Source of the DNA: Clostridiaceae bacterium
Lineage (GTDB): Bacteria; Bacillota; Clostridia; Saccharofermentanales; DTU023
Direction: 5' to 3'
DNA length: 64,000 nt
NCBI GenBank assembly: GCA_012799825.1
Contig: JAAZKK010000023.1
Location: 3,953 to 67,952, forward strand
Made by a program: the position numbers and the translations under genes. Position 1 is the stretch's first letter; every line of letters starts with the position of its first letter. Below are positions 34,487-44,929 of the stretch, one piece after another. The notes under the pieces are model-generated. The model was not told the DNA's origin, did not search any database, and saw nothing but the letters and a program-made list of their open reading frames with translations.

Positions 34487-37429
34487 TTGTCAGATCAACG
34501 CGGATCCATCTCTAAACGCCAATGGAGCGATCTTTTCGGCACATTTTTTCTAGCATTCGGCTTGCTCTTTGCCTTTGCGCTTTACGCGCCTGCTTCTTGG
34601 ACGGGCTGGCTCGGATGCGCACTCTCAACGGTGAGTATGGGCCTTTTCGGTACGCTTGCGTATTTTCTTCCTCCCGTTCTCCTTGTTTTCTCGCTTTTAT
34701 ATTTCATGGAACGCGCTCATCACATTAAATCTCTAAGTGTGGGTGCTCTTTCACTTCTTTTTGTTCTGTTTTCTTCGGTAGTGTCTATCGCGTCGATGTC
34801 TTGCACGACGCTGCTGCAACGTCTGTCATTGGAAGGAGAGGGATTTGCCGGTTTTCAAGTCGTCCGCATGCTTTGGTTGGACGGCCGTTTTCCTGAGAGA
34901 ATTCGACCGGGCAACATATGGAGCGGCGGTCTGCTTGGCGGGCTGATTTCCAACGGTCTTGAGCGCGTGGCCGGCGTCACGGGAGCGTCCATTTTAATTG
35001 CGGCGGTGATATTGTCGGTGCTTGTTTACGCATTTGGCTTCTCAGTGCGGCGCCTTTCTCGGCGCAGGAAAGATGTTTCCTTTGAAGAATCTGCTGACGT
35101 CGATGCTATGTCAAGCGACGAATGGATGTCTTCGGAACAGCCGGAGCAAAGAAAGGGGCTATTTACTTTTCTTAAAAGACGGTTTGGAAAAAAAGGCGAC
35201 ACCAAACCTATAAATGACACGTCACATGACGTATCGCCTGATACCTACGTCCACGTCGCGGCAGCGCCAAACGCCCCGGAGTTTTCCGCAAATGAGGCGT
35301 CAAGAGAGGCGTCAAGAACGTCTGAAAATGGCGCGCAGTGGGCGAATGTCGATCAGAACTCAGTTCCTCTTTATACGTATACGCCTAGTCAACCGGATAT
35401 ATCACACGTTGCCGGAAGTCACAACGGTTCGGCAACGCCGCAGAACGGACAGGTGACTTCAGGACCTCAAGGCTGGGATACACTTCAGTACGATTCTATT
35501 TCTTCAACACCGCGTGACCCGCGGGAACAAGTCGGCACTCACATCACGTTTCCACAGCCTCCACCGGATCATGGCATCAACGATGCCACGCGGTTGCGCC
35601 CTGTTGGCGGACGTGGGCGCCCCTATCTTTTCGACACGGCCGGCACGGAACCGCAGAATCCAATTGAAGGATCCACGTCCTTAGCAAGTGGCGATGTCTC
35701 TCAAGAAAGTCTTGCCGACGTTCAACGGATACCTTGGTCAGACAATAGGGGAACGGATCATATCGCATCTTCCGAGTCGCACGGTGATTCTAAGCGTCCT
35801 TTGGTTCGCAGTCCGATTTCCGTTCAGCATGAGCCGTTTGACGGACGCGCTCGTTGGGAAGACCGAAATACGAAGAAGACACAGCTCGTCAAATCGTCTT
35901 CCAAAAAGAGACCGCGTCATGAGCAGATGAGCCTTTTGTCGGAGTACAAAACGCCTCCGTTAAGTCTTCTAAAAGAAGACCGAGGTATGAAGAAAACGCC
36001 TGAAGAGATCAAGGAAATTTGCGAACTCGGACGAAAACTGGAAAATACACTTTCCGATTTCGGTGTTGAGGCGCGTATTGTCAATTACACGACCGGCCCG
36101 ACGATCACGCGGTTTGAACTCGCGCCCGGACCAGGGGTCAAAGTGAGTCGCATTGTCAACTTGTCTGACGATATTGCGCTTTCACTGGCAGCTTACGGTG
36201 TTCGCATTGAGGCGCCTATTCCCGGAAAATCGGCGATAGGTATTGAGATTCCGAACAGACGCACTTATCCGGTTCTTCTTAGAAGCCTCCTGCAGTCAAA
36301 GGAATTTATCAGTACGGAAGGCGGTCTCGTTACGGCGCTTGGCCGCGATGTCGGCGGAGAGCCGATTTTGTGCGATTTGACGTGTATGCCGCACCTCTTG
36401 ATTGCGGGCGCGACGGGTTCCGGAAAATCAGTATGCATCAATGCGATTTTGATCAGTTTGTTGTATCGCTACGGGCCGGAACACGTGCGTTTCTTGATGA
36501 TTGACCCGAAGATCGTCGAACTGTCTGTTTACAACAGTATTCCCCATCTGCTACAGCCGGTCGTCACGAATCCGGAAAAAGCGTATGCCGTGCTCAATTA
36601 CGCCGTATCTGAGATGGAGCGCCGCTACAAGCTTTTTGCCGATGCTCGCGTTCGTGATATCTCGTCCTATAACGAGCAAAAGCGCAAGATGTCGGAAACC
36701 ATGACGTCGGGCGATGAGGACGAAGAATCGTCAGACGAGCCGTTGCCGTACATTCTAATTGTCATTGACGAGCTGGCCGATCTGATGGCAGTGACTCAAC
36801 ATCAGGTGGAGGACGCTATTTCCCGTTTGATGGCCAAAGCTCGCGCAGTCGGTATCCATGTGATCATTGCGACGCAGCGTCCCTCGGTTGATGTCATCAC
36901 GGGGGTGATTAAAGCCAACATTCCCTCTCGCGTCGCTTTTGCCGTCGCATCACAAGTTGATTCGCGCACCATCATTGACACGGGCGGCGCGGAAAAGCTT
37001 CTCGGCAAGGGCGATATGCTCTATTATCCAATAGGCTCCCTCAAGGCGATTCGTGGCCAAGGATCCTTTGTCACTAACAATGAGGTAGAACGCGTACTGT
37101 CGTTCATAAAAAGCTATTATCCTGAAAATTATGACGATTCTGTCGCGGAGGCGATTGAAAATCCGGACAAATCGACGGATAGCAAAGGTTTGGGAGGCGA
37201 AGGAGAGGACGAGCTCCTCGCGGACGCTCTCCGTGTTGTTGTGGAGACTGAATACGCCTCAGTATCGCTTCTTCAGCGCAAATTACAAGTCGGTTATCCA
37301 CGTGCGGCGCGCATGATTGACCGTCTTTGCGAAATGGGATACGTCGGTCCTTTTGAAGGCAGTAAACCGCGCGAAGTGCTCATCACTCCTGAGGCGTACG
37401 ATCAGCTGATGCGCGATCTCGACGATTAG
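34487..37429 (+). CDS. ftsK: DNA translocase FtsK/SpoIIIE
   Basis: N-terminal TM helices and a long low-complexity linker precede the motor domain. The motor has Walker A GATGSGKSV and Walker B VIDELADLM, and a C-terminal gamma winged helix follows (SLLQRKLQVGYPRAARMID). Confidence 0.93.
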   Translation: MSDQRGSISKRQWSDLFGTFFLAFGLLFAFALYAPASWTGWLGCALSTVSMGLFGTLAYFLPPVLLVFSLLYFMERAHHIKSLSVGALSLLFVLFSSVVSIASMSCTTLLQRLSLEGEGFAGFQVVRMLWLDGRFPERIRPGNIWSGGLLGGLISNGLERVAGVTGASILIAAVILSVLVYAFGFSVRRLSRRRKDVSFEESADVDAMSSDEWMSSEQPEQRKGLFTFLKRRFGKKGDTKPINDTSHDVSPDTYVHVAAAPNAPEFSANEASREASRTSENGAQWANVDQNSVPLYTYTPSQPDISHVAGSHNGSATPQNGQVTSGPQGWDTLQYDSISSTPRDPREQVGTHITFPQPPPDHGINDATRLRPVGGRGRPYLFDTAGTEPQNPIEGSTSLASGDVSQESLADVQRIPWSDNRGTDHIASSESHGDSKRPLVRSPISVQHEPFDGRARWEDRNTKKTQLVKSSSKKRPRHEQMSLLSEYKTPPLSLLKEDRGMKKTPEEIKEICELGRKLENTLSDFGVEARIVNYTTGPTITRFELAPGPGVKVSRIVNLSDDIALSLAAYGVRIEAPIPGKSAIGIEIPNRRTYPVLLRSLLQSKEFISTEGGLVTALGRDVGGEPILCDLTCMPHLLIAGATGSGKSVCINAILISLLYRYGPEHVRFLMIDPKIVELSVYNSIPHLLQPVVTNPEKAYAVLNYAVSEMERRYKLFADARVRDISSYNEQKRKMSETMTSGDEDEESSDEPLPYILIVIDELADLMAVTQHQVEDAISRLMAKARAVGIHVIIATQRPSVDVITGVIKANIPSRVAFAVASQVDSRTIIDTGGAEKLLGKGDMLYYPIGSLKAIRGQGSFVTNNEVERVLSFIKSYYPENYDDSVAEAIENPDKSTDSKGLGGEGEDELLADALRVVVETEYASVSLLQRKLQVGYPRAARMIDRLCEMGYVGPFEGSKPREVLITPEAYDQLMRDLDD

Positions 37430-37658
37430 CGATGTAGCATTTGCTGTTACAAGGACGCGCGGATAACGGATGTGCGGCGTTGGCTCTTGAACGTACGTTT
37501 GCGTGATGTGTCCGTCATTTTGAAAGCTTGCGTGAAAAGGATGCGTCGCTAAGACGATTTGGACGAATCATTTGGTTTTTGGAAAGTGAAGAGATTGACA
37601 ATTCGATCTTTGAAAATGAGGTCATGTGTTGGTGATAGGATCCGTTGAACACAACAGA

Positions 37659-38987
37659 ATGAGAATTCATTCGGCTGAGATTTTGTCGGTGGGCACCGAG
37701 CTGCTGTTAGGTGAAACGCTGGATACGAATGGGTATTTTTTGGCGAGACAACTTGCTGAGCTAGGCATTTCCACCTATCGTCACATCGTTGTCGGCGACA
37801 ATGCCAAGCGGATCGAGAAGGCTATAGCCGACGCGCTTGAATGTAATGATCTTGTCATCACAACGGGCGGCCTCGGCCCCACGGCTGATGATCTTACCTA
37901 CGATGTCGCCGCAAAGGTTGCCGGTTTTCGCCTTGTTTCGGATCCTGTAATTAACCGGAGGATTGATGAACGATTCGCTCTCCGTAAGAAGACACGCTTT
38001 GTTGCCTGTACAAGTATTTCCGAAGACAAACAAAATGTATCTGTTGTTGGATTGGCGAAATCTCATGTCGTGTATCCGCTTGTCCCCGAGGGGGCGACGT
38101 TGTTCATGAATGAGAACGGGACGTCACCCGGCGCGCTAATGACGTTTGATTGGCCCTTGCCCACAGGCGAATCGCGAAGGAAGGCGATTCTCCTCTTACC
38201 CGGACCGCCCGGTGAAATGGAGCCTATGTTCCTTCGTGAAGTGCGCCCGGTGCTTGAAAAGCTTTCGCCTGAACGCTTAATTAACCGGTACGTGCACTTG
38301 ACCGGCATCGGAGAGCCGGACGCGGAGGCGGCAGTGCGCGATCTTGTGGATCAACAGACGAATCCGACGATCGCCGTGTATGTAAGAGACGGAGACGTGT
38401 CCTTCAGGATCACGCAGCGTCTGGCAGAAGATGGAGATAACGAGGATCGAACGGGAACCTTAATCGACCTTATCAAAGAGCGTCTTGGTGTATATATCTA
38501 TGAGATCGGAACGCGAAGCCTTACCGAGGTGGTGTGCGACAAACTTCTTGAAAGCGGTGCCACCTGCGCATTTGCGGAGTCTTGTACGGGCGGTCTTGCG
38601 GCGTCTTTGATGGCACGTGTGCCGGGCGCTTCAAATGTGTTCAAAGGTGGCGTCGTCACGTATACGAATGCGATGAAAGCCGATGTGCTTGGCGTGCCCG
38701 ATCAATTGCTCCGGGAGGAAGGTCCTGTCAGTGAAGCCTGTGCGCGTGCGATGGCGGAAGGGTTGTACCGTCTTACCGGAGCCGACTACGCTGTGTCGGT
38801 GACCGGTTTTGCGGGACCAGCGGGCGGAACGATAAAATATCCTGTCGGCACGGTGTTTATCGCCTGCCGTTCGAGGCTAGGTACACGCGTCATTGAACGG
38901 CATTATACCGGCAGCCGCACAAATATTCAGGATCGATCGGCGTACGCCTCGATTGATCTGTTGTACAGGAGTATCGAGTCTTCATGA
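37659..38987 (+). CDS. cinA: Competence/damage-inducible protein CinA (MoCF-binding plus PncC-type NMN amidohydrolase domains)
   Basis: It contains AEILSVGTELLLGETLDTN, TGGLGPTADDLT and the C-terminal AESCTGGL..VSVTGFAGP. I chose the start at MRIHSAEI. Confidence 0.88.
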   Translation: MRIHSAEILSVGTELLLGETLDTNGYFLARQLAELGISTYRHIVVGDNAKRIEKAIADALECNDLVITTGGLGPTADDLTYDVAAKVAGFRLVSDPVINRRIDERFALRKKTRFVACTSISEDKQNVSVVGLAKSHVVYPLVPEGATLFMNENGTSPGALMTFDWPLPTGESRRKAILLLPGPPGEMEPMFLREVRPVLEKLSPERLINRYVHLTGIGEPDAEAAVRDLVDQQTNPTIAVYVRDGDVSFRITQRLAEDGDNEDRTGTLIDLIKERLGVYIYEIGTRSLTEVVCDKLLESGATCAFAESCTGGLAASLMARVPGASNVFKGGVVTYTNAMKADVLGVPDQLLREEGPVSEACARAMAEGLYRLTGADYAVSVTGFAGPAGGTIKYPVGTVFIACRSRLGTRVIERHYTGSRTNIQDRSAYASIDLLYRSIESS

Positions 38988-40711
38988 GAAGAGGCAGGCA
39001 GCGTCAGGATTGGTCGTCGTCTCTGTTAGAAGACCGCCGAGCAAGTGGCGGGCTTATTCCGTTGACGCCATCGAAAGCGGCGCGCGTTTATACGCGATCG
39101 ATGGTGCTTGTTGCGTTGATGGGTCTTTTCCATGCGGTCGCCTACGTTCCCTCTTTGGAGTTTGGTGTTCTTTCGGACGCTTGGGTCATCGCGCGCGAAT
39201 GGCCGCGTCTGTTGATCCGGTCACTTGCCGGTGCTGCGCTTGGCGTGTCGGTGGCGCTGCGCCTTAAAGCGTCGATTGATCGAAAGCAGCTGGCGCGTTT
39301 CTGGCGCGGTTTTTCTTCCGCGGCGACACTGCTTCTTCTTGTGACCATTATCGCCGTTCTCTTCGGAGAAGCGCTCTGCAATCCCTTGCTTTGCCTTTTC
39401 AATTCCGGTAAAGATGATGCTGTGATTGAGATGGCGGTGCCTTCGGCTCGCATTCTTCTTGTGCAAACGGCATTCTTGTTTCCGGCGGCGATTGCTGCCG
39501 GCGCGCTTATAGGAACGCGTCTTTACCATCGCGTCATGATTCCTGTCGCTTCTATTTTTGTTGTAGCGCAAGTTTGTTTTTTGATTCTGACAAGAAATAC
39601 ACCGGAGCACCTCATGGGCGTGGCACTTGTGTTGCTTTCCTGTGCAGCGCTTTTGTCGCTGGTTCTTCTTTTTCTGGCAAAGCGTGTCCTTCATTGGCGC
39701 ATCATGATCGATACGCGTGATCCCATGTACCGACAATTTATGCGTTTGGCAGTGCCGGGGATGGTGGCGGTCGCCTTGTTTCAACTGAACGTCCTTTTTG
39801 ACATCTCGTTTGTCGGCAAGTCGATCGGAGCGGTTACCGTGCTCGATCAGTCCAAATCCTTTGCACGTTTTCTGTTAATGGCATTTGTTATCCCGGTAGC
39901 CGGCGTGATGACACCTGTGCTGACTCAACTATTTGATGAGAAGAGATATTCTCGCGCTCGGACGCTTCTTACACGCGCGATGCGACGCGCGTTGTATATC
40001 ATTACCCCTTTTTCGATTATTCTCGCTGTGATGCCGGAAGATACTGCCGTCGTTTTCTTTCAGTGGCGTGGCGCTCTGCCGGAAGCCGCTTTGTCTGATG
40101 AAGCCGCTCTTTTGCGTCTGTATGCGCTGCCGCTCATTTTGGCGACGATTCTGGTCGTCTATTACCATGCTTTCTTAGCGCGTCGCATGACGCGAATGCT
40201 CTTGCTTGCAGGCGTGATAGCAGCAGTGGCGCATCCTCTGCTCTCCCAGCTTTTTATCCGGCGATTAAATTTCGGCATCAGGGGTATTCCGATCGCGTTG
40301 TCCGGAACACTGTTACTGCTCGTTATCACAATGGCTGTCCTATACCGAATCTACCTTCGCGAAGCGCGCCTTCGAAAGATACTGCCTTTTGCCATTCGTC
40401 TTATTATTTCAGCCTTTGCAGCCGGCATCGTGCTGATCGCGCTGAACACGTTGCCCGTCTGGAGTGAACACAAAGCGTGGCAGATTCTCATTTATTTTGT
40501 GAAATGTCTTGTGGTACTGTTGACCTATTATGTGACAGGGATCGTACTTCGATTCCGCGAAACCCTCGATACGCAAAGCGCTTGGCGAGAGAGGTTGAAG
40601 CTCGGACCCATACGTGGAGGTGATTTGCCTTTTCCCGGTCAAAAGCATCCGATGACAAAACCTATTCAATCACGCAGACGCCCTTTTCGGCGTCGCTCAC
40701 GCAGACGATAG
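38984..40711 (+). CDS. murJ: MurJ/MviN-like lipid II flippase (MOP superfamily)
   Basis: The 575-aa polytopic membrane protein has ~14 hydrophobic segments and an N-terminal FG..SDAW..A pattern like MurJ. It has a basic C-terminal tail and overlaps the cinA stop by 4 nt. Confidence 0.6.
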   Translation: MRRGRQRQDWSSSLLEDRRASGGLIPLTPSKAARVYTRSMVLVALMGLFHAVAYVPSLEFGVLSDAWVIAREWPRLLIRSLAGAALGVSVALRLKASIDRKQLARFWRGFSSAATLLLLVTIIAVLFGEALCNPLLCLFNSGKDDAVIEMAVPSARILLVQTAFLFPAAIAAGALIGTRLYHRVMIPVASIFVVAQVCFLILTRNTPEHLMGVALVLLSCAALLSLVLLFLAKRVLHWRIMIDTRDPMYRQFMRLAVPGMVAVALFQLNVLFDISFVGKSIGAVTVLDQSKSFARFLLMAFVIPVAGVMTPVLTQLFDEKRYSRARTLLTRAMRRALYIITPFSIILAVMPEDTAVVFFQWRGALPEAALSDEAALLRLYALPLILATILVVYYHAFLARRMTRMLLLAGVIAAVAHPLLSQLFIRRLNFGIRGIPIALSGTLLLLVITMAVLYRIYLREARLRKILPFAIRLIISAFAAGIVLIALNTLPVWSEHKAWQILIYFVKCLVVLLTYYVTGIVLRFRETLDTQSAWRERLKLGPIRGGDLPFPGQKHPMTKPIQSRRRPFRRRSRRR

Positions 40712-40772
40712 AGCAATTCGTCATTTTGACAGATAAAGGGTGCTGATAGCAGGTGAAAAGGGATAAAATACG

Positions 40773-40801
40773 TTGACGCGCGAAAACTCTTTCGATAAGA
40801 T
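40773..40801 (+). promoter_or_regulatory. Sigma-A promoter of recA
   Basis: The sequence reads TTGACG, a 17-nt spacer, then TAAGAT. Confidence 0.6.
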
Positions 40802-40814
40802 GGGAATGTCAAAG

Positions 40815-40828
40815 AGAACAAAAGTTCT
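40815..40828 (+). promoter_or_regulatory. LexA operator (Cheo/SOS box) in front of recA
   Basis: AGAACAAAAGTTCT matches the Firmicute GAAC-N4-GTTC consensus. It lies 14 nt downstream of the -10. Confidence 0.7.
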
Positions 40829-40945
40829 AATTGAACGTATGATAGACATAAGCCGCCTAGACTGTGAGGAATCACACACGTATAGGATCGGTTCGATGGC
40901 GGTTCATTCGATGAAAATTATTAAAGCCGGACGGGGAGAATACAG

Positions 40946-42091
40946 ATGGCAAAAGGATCTAAATCTAAACAACAAGTCAAGCCGATAGATGATAAAAATC
41001 GTCAGAAGGCCTTAAAAGCCGCATTAGATCGCATTGAGAAAGATTTTGGGAAGGGCGCCGTGATGACGCTTGACGAGGCTAATGTGGTCGAAGTCGACGC
41101 GATTCCGACAGGCGCGCTTTCACTCGATTTAGCGCTCGGCATCGGTGGCCTGCCGCGCGGACGAGTCGTCGAAATTTTTGGACCGGAATCATCCGGCAAG
41201 ACCACGGTTGCGCTTCACAGTATCGCGGAAGCCCAGAAGCTTGGTGGTATCGCAGCCTTTATTGACGCGGAACATTCGCTTGATCCGGTATATGCTAAGA
41301 ATCTCGGTGTCGATATTGACAACCTGATCGTTTCACAGCCGGACTACGGCGAGCAAGCCCTCGAAATCGCCGAGGCTCTGGCGCGTTCCGGCGCGGTGGA
41401 CGTCATCGTGATCGATTCTGTCGCTGCGCTCGTGCCTCGCGCGGAGATTGATGGAGAGATGGGCGATGCTTCGGTCGGGCTTCAGGCGCGGCTGATGTCT
41501 CAGGCGCTGAGGAAGTTGGCGGCTGTCATCAATAAGAGCAGAACGCTTGTTATCTTTATCAACCAGTTGCGCGAGAAGATCGGCATTATGTTCGGTAATC
41601 CCGAGACAACAACGGGCGGTCGCGCGCTGAAGTTCTACGCAAGCGTCCGTCTGGACGTGCGTCGCGGTGCTCGCATTGATCAGGGCGATAAGCAGATCGG
41701 CTCCAGGACGCGCGTCAAGGTCGTTAAAAACAAGGTTGCGCCTCCGTTCCGCGAAGCGGAGTTTGATATTCTTTTCGGTCGCGGTATTTCGCAGACAGGC
41801 TGCATCATTGACATGGGTTCGGAGGCAGGCATTATCAATAAGAGCGGTTCTTGGTATTCCTATGGCGAAGAACGGCTTGGGCAAGGGCGCGATAATGTGC
41901 GCGATTTTCTTGAGCTGCCGGAAAACAAAGCCCTCTTTGATGAAATCAACGAAGCTGTTCGCAGTTACTATCTTGAGTCGGACGACGATGTCGATGAAGC
42001 TGAGCAGGAAGATAGTGTTGCCGTCGCGCGAACAGATCAGGTTGACGATACCGTCGCCGACGTTGACGAGATACTGGGTCTTGATCTGTGA
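40946..42091 (+). CDS. recA: Recombinase RecA
   Basis: It contains [16 protein letters not shown] (Walker A), VIDSVAAL and [21 protein letters not shown]. An acidic C-terminal tail is present. Confidence 0.97.
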   Translation: MAKGSKSKQQVKPIDDKNRQKALKAALDRIEKDFGKGAVMTLDEANVVEVDAIPTGALSLDLALGIGGLPRGRVVEIFGPESSGKTTVALHSIAEAQKLGGIAAFIDAEHSLDPVYAKNLGVDIDNLIVSQPDYGEQALEIAEALARSGAVDVIVIDSVAALVPRAEIDGEMGDASVGLQARLMSQALRKLAAVINKSRTLVIFINQLREKIGIMFGNPETTTGGRALKFYASVRLDVRRGARIDQGDKQIGSRTRVKVVKNKVAPPFREAEFDILFGRGISQTGCIIDMGSEAGIINKSGSWYSYGEERLGQGRDNVRDFLELPENKALFDEINEAVRSYYLESDDDVDEAEQEDSVAVARTDQVDDTVADVDEILGLDL

Positions 42092-42549
42092 CAGATTTCG
42101 AATCGATCAGGGAAGCGGCGGTGACCTATATCGGCATCGATTTTTATAAATCATCCGGTGCTGTTCGCCGTAACTTGTTAAAGAAGGGAGCTCCGGAGGC
42201 ACTCGTCGAAGACGTTATCCGATATCTTCAGGAGATTGACTATATCGATGACCTTCGCGCCTCACGGCGTGTCGCCTCTCGCTACCGCGGAAAGAGGTTG
42301 CGTTCACGTCGTGCCATGATCGACGTTTTTCGTCGAAACGGTATTGAATATGAGGATGCCAAGCGAGCTGCGAGCGCGCTCGATGATGATAAGGATACGG
42401 CGTTTGAACTTCTCGTGGCGTCTTTTTCAACAACAGCCGATGCAACTGATATCAATACAATGCGCAGGTTGTTATATCGGCGCGGGTACAGCGAAAGTAC
42501 GGCTTGTCGCGCGATCGATTCTTTTTTCGAACGTTCTCACTTAGATTAA
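42088..42549 (+). CDS. recX: RecA regulator RecX
   Basis: This 153-aa protein has three helical repeats ([15 protein letters not shown]..). Its GTG start overlaps the recA stop, the usual recA-recX arrangement. Confidence 0.75.
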   Translation: MTDFESIREAAVTYIGIDFYKSSGAVRRNLLKKGAPEALVEDVIRYLQEIDYIDDLRASRRVASRYRGKRLRSRRAMIDVFRRNGIEYEDAKRAASALDDDKDTAFELLVASFSTTADATDINTMRRLLYRRGYSESTACRAIDSFFERSHLD

Positions 42550-42555
42550 CGGAGC

Positions 42556-43953
42556 ATGCTTTTGAGCGCGAACTATTCAATACATACATTTTATCTTCTT
42601 TCTCTCGGATGTCCTAAAAATGAAGTTGATGCGGAATGCATGAGCGCGGCGCTTTGCCGCGCGGGATACAGTTCGACTGACGATCTCTACAAGGCCGACG
42701 TCCTCATCGTCAATACGTGTGCTTTTATCGCAGATGCGGTGCGCGAAGCCATCGATGCGATTCTTGATCTTGCGGACTATAAATACCCTGAGGGGCGCGC
42801 GCGGTTTCTCGTCGTCACAGGATGTTTGCCACAGCGCGTAGGGCGCGAACTGTTCTCCGAATTTCCCGAAGTTGATGCCATCTTAGGAACAGGCGAATAC
42901 GGCCTCATCGTGGATACGATAGATCAGCTTCGAGACGGTATCTCGCTCCGCGAACATCAGCCCGATCGTCCGGGTTGTTCCGGCGCGCTCGACCATCTGC
43001 GCTGTGACAGAATGCCCGCGTCGAAAAACGCCCGATGGGCCTACCTTAAAATCGCAGAGGGCTGTTCAAACACCTGTGCTTATTGTGCAATTCCTTCCAT
43101 TCGCGGACCACAGCGATCGCGTCCGATGGACGAGATTGTCGAAGAGGCACGACATCTTGAATCAATAGGTATCCGCGAACTCATCCTTGTCGCGCAGGAT
43201 ACGACGCGGTACGGTTACGATTTGACGAACAAGGAACAAAACACGCTGACAGCACTTTTGCGGCGCCTTTCCAACGAAACACAGGACATTGAGCTTATTC
43301 GCTGCCTTTATTTTTACGCGGACGCCCTGACAGAAGAGCTGATCCGTGAATTCGCCGACAATCCTAAGATCGCTCGATATATGGATATTCCCGTACAACA
43401 TGCGTCAGATGCTGTGCTGAAGAGGATGCGGCGTCACGAGACGAGGGCGATGATCGAAGCAAAAATCGCCTCGATCCGCGCCGCTATTCCGGATGTTGTG
43501 CTTCGCACGACGGTCATGGTGGGTTTCCCGGGCGAGACTGAAGACGATATTGACATACTTCTGGATTTTATGCGTTCTTTGCGTTTCGACCGATTGGGAT
43601 CCTTTATCTTTTGCCCGGAGGAAGGTACGCGCGCCGCATCGATGACAGATCAGGTATCATCCGACGTCGCTTTTTTGCGTTATAATCGCGTAATGGAACT
43701 CCAGCACGACCTTTCACTAGAGAAAAATCGTTCTCGAATTGGCACAGTTGTGCCGGTTTTGCTTGATGGAGTTGACCCTCATGGTATACTTTTTCATGGT
43801 AGAAGTTTTGGTGAGGCGCCGGATATAGATCCGATTATCCGTGTTGCCGCGACTTCTCCCGGTATAGGGATCGGAAGCCGCCCAATGGTACGCATTGTGG
43901 ATGCCGGAGCATACGATATGACGGGAGTAACGATCGATGAATATAGCCAATAA
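42556..43953 (+). CDS. rimO: Ribosomal protein S12 methylthiotransferase RimO
   Basis: It has an MTTase N-domain (LSLGCPKNEVDAE, VNTCAF) and the radical-SAM motif CSNTCAYC. A C-terminal TRAM domain follows. Confidence 0.9.
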   Translation: MLLSANYSIHTFYLLSLGCPKNEVDAECMSAALCRAGYSSTDDLYKADVLIVNTCAFIADAVREAIDAILDLADYKYPEGRARFLVVTGCLPQRVGRELFSEFPEVDAILGTGEYGLIVDTIDQLRDGISLREHQPDRPGCSGALDHLRCDRMPASKNARWAYLKIAEGCSNTCAYCAIPSIRGPQRSRPMDEIVEEARHLESIGIRELILVAQDTTRYGYDLTNKEQNTLTALLRRLSNETQDIELIRCLYFYADALTEELIREFADNPKIARYMDIPVQHASDAVLKRMRRHETRAMIEAKIASIRAAIPDVVLRTTVMVGFPGETEDDIDILLDFMRSLRFDRLGSFIFCPEEGTRAASMTDQVSSDVAFLRYNRVMELQHDLSLEKNRSRIGTVVPVLLDGVDPHGILFHGRSFGEAPDIDPIIRVAATSPGIGIGSRPMVRIVDAGAYDMTGVTIDEYSQ

Positions 43954-44554
43954 ATTGACGCTCTCACGGATTTTATTGATTCCGTTTATTTTGTTCTTTT
44001 TACTACCTTTGCCGTGGGCAGAGGATTCCGCTTTCTCCAAATTCATTCTGTCCTCACCGGGACGTTCGATCGCCTTTGTTTTGTTTGTTATTGCTGCGCT
44101 GACCGACGTGTTCGACGGTCTGCTCGCGAGAAAACAGGGTATCGTTTCCGATTTGGGGAAGCTGATCGATCCTATCGCGGACAAAATTTTGGTGATCAGC
44201 GTTTTTGCCGCCTTTGTACAGCTTGGTCGCGTATCCACGTACATTTTGACGATTATTGTCGCACGCGAACTGATTGTTACGGGTATTCGTCAGGTCGCTG
44301 CCATCAAGGGTACGGTCATCGCGGCAAGCTGGTTCGGCAAGATCAAGACGGTCATTCAGATGGCAACGCTTATTGTCCTCATTTTTGAGCCTATCGTCGC
44401 CAAATCGCTCGATCCCTCACTTCCTTTTTTGGGATACAGCGCACCTTATTCTTTACCTGGTGATATCCTCGTCGCTATATCGACGGTCATCACGGTGCTG
44501 TCCGGTCTCGATTATGCTGTCAAGAATAAGAAAATCTTTAAAGAAGAGCTGTGA
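43937..44554 (+). CDS. pgsA: CDP-diacylglycerol--glycerol-3-phosphate 3-phosphatidyltransferase
   Basis: It carries the CDP-alcohol phosphatidyltransferase motif DVFDGLLARKQG..DLGKLIDPIADK and is multi-TM. Confidence 0.9.
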   Translation: MNIANKLTLSRILLIPFILFFLLPLPWAEDSAFSKFILSSPGRSIAFVLFVIAALTDVFDGLLARKQGIVSDLGKLIDPIADKILVISVFAAFVQLGRVSTYILTIIVARELIVTGIRQVAAIKGTVIAASWFGKIKTVIQMATLIVLIFEPIVAKSLDPSLPFLGYSAPYSLPGDILVAISTVITVLSGLDYAVKNKKIFKEEL

Positions 44555-44671
44555 ACGGAAGAGTTCCTTATCTAAAAGATGAACCGCCATCGCGAATACT
44601 GATTGTCGCGATCGTGCGATCAGTCAATAAAAAATAATGCATGAAATGATTCGTGCCAATGGAGGATAACC

Positions 44672-44911
44672 ATGACGCAACAGGAAATTTTTATGAAAGT
44701 TCAGACCATTCTTGCTGATCAACTCAGCGTTGACATCGACTCGATCCAGATGACTTCCAATATTATTGAAGATCTAAACGCGGATTCACTCGATCTGGTT
44801 GAGCTTGTGATGTCCATGGAGCAGGAATTTGATCTTTCTATTCCGGATGAGGAAGCGGAGCGCATCCGCACAGTTGGCGACGCTGTCGCTTTTATTCGCC
44901 TAAATCTTTAA
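44672..44911 (+). CDS. acpP: Acyl carrier protein
   Basis: This 79-aa protein has the phosphopantetheine site LNADSLDLVELVM. A ggagga RBS lies upstream. Confidence 0.93.
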   Translation: MTQQEIFMKVQTILADQLSVDIDSIQMTSNIIEDLNADSLDLVELVMSMEQEFDLSIPDEEAERIRTVGDAVAFIRLNL

Positions 44912-44929
44912 TCTGGCAGGTCGTTTGGC

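Noticed and set aside
40773-40988. A 71-aa ORF lies upstream of and overlapping the recA start.
   Set aside because: It begins inside the recA promoter, spans the LexA box, and has no RBS. The region is better explained as the recA 5' UTR.
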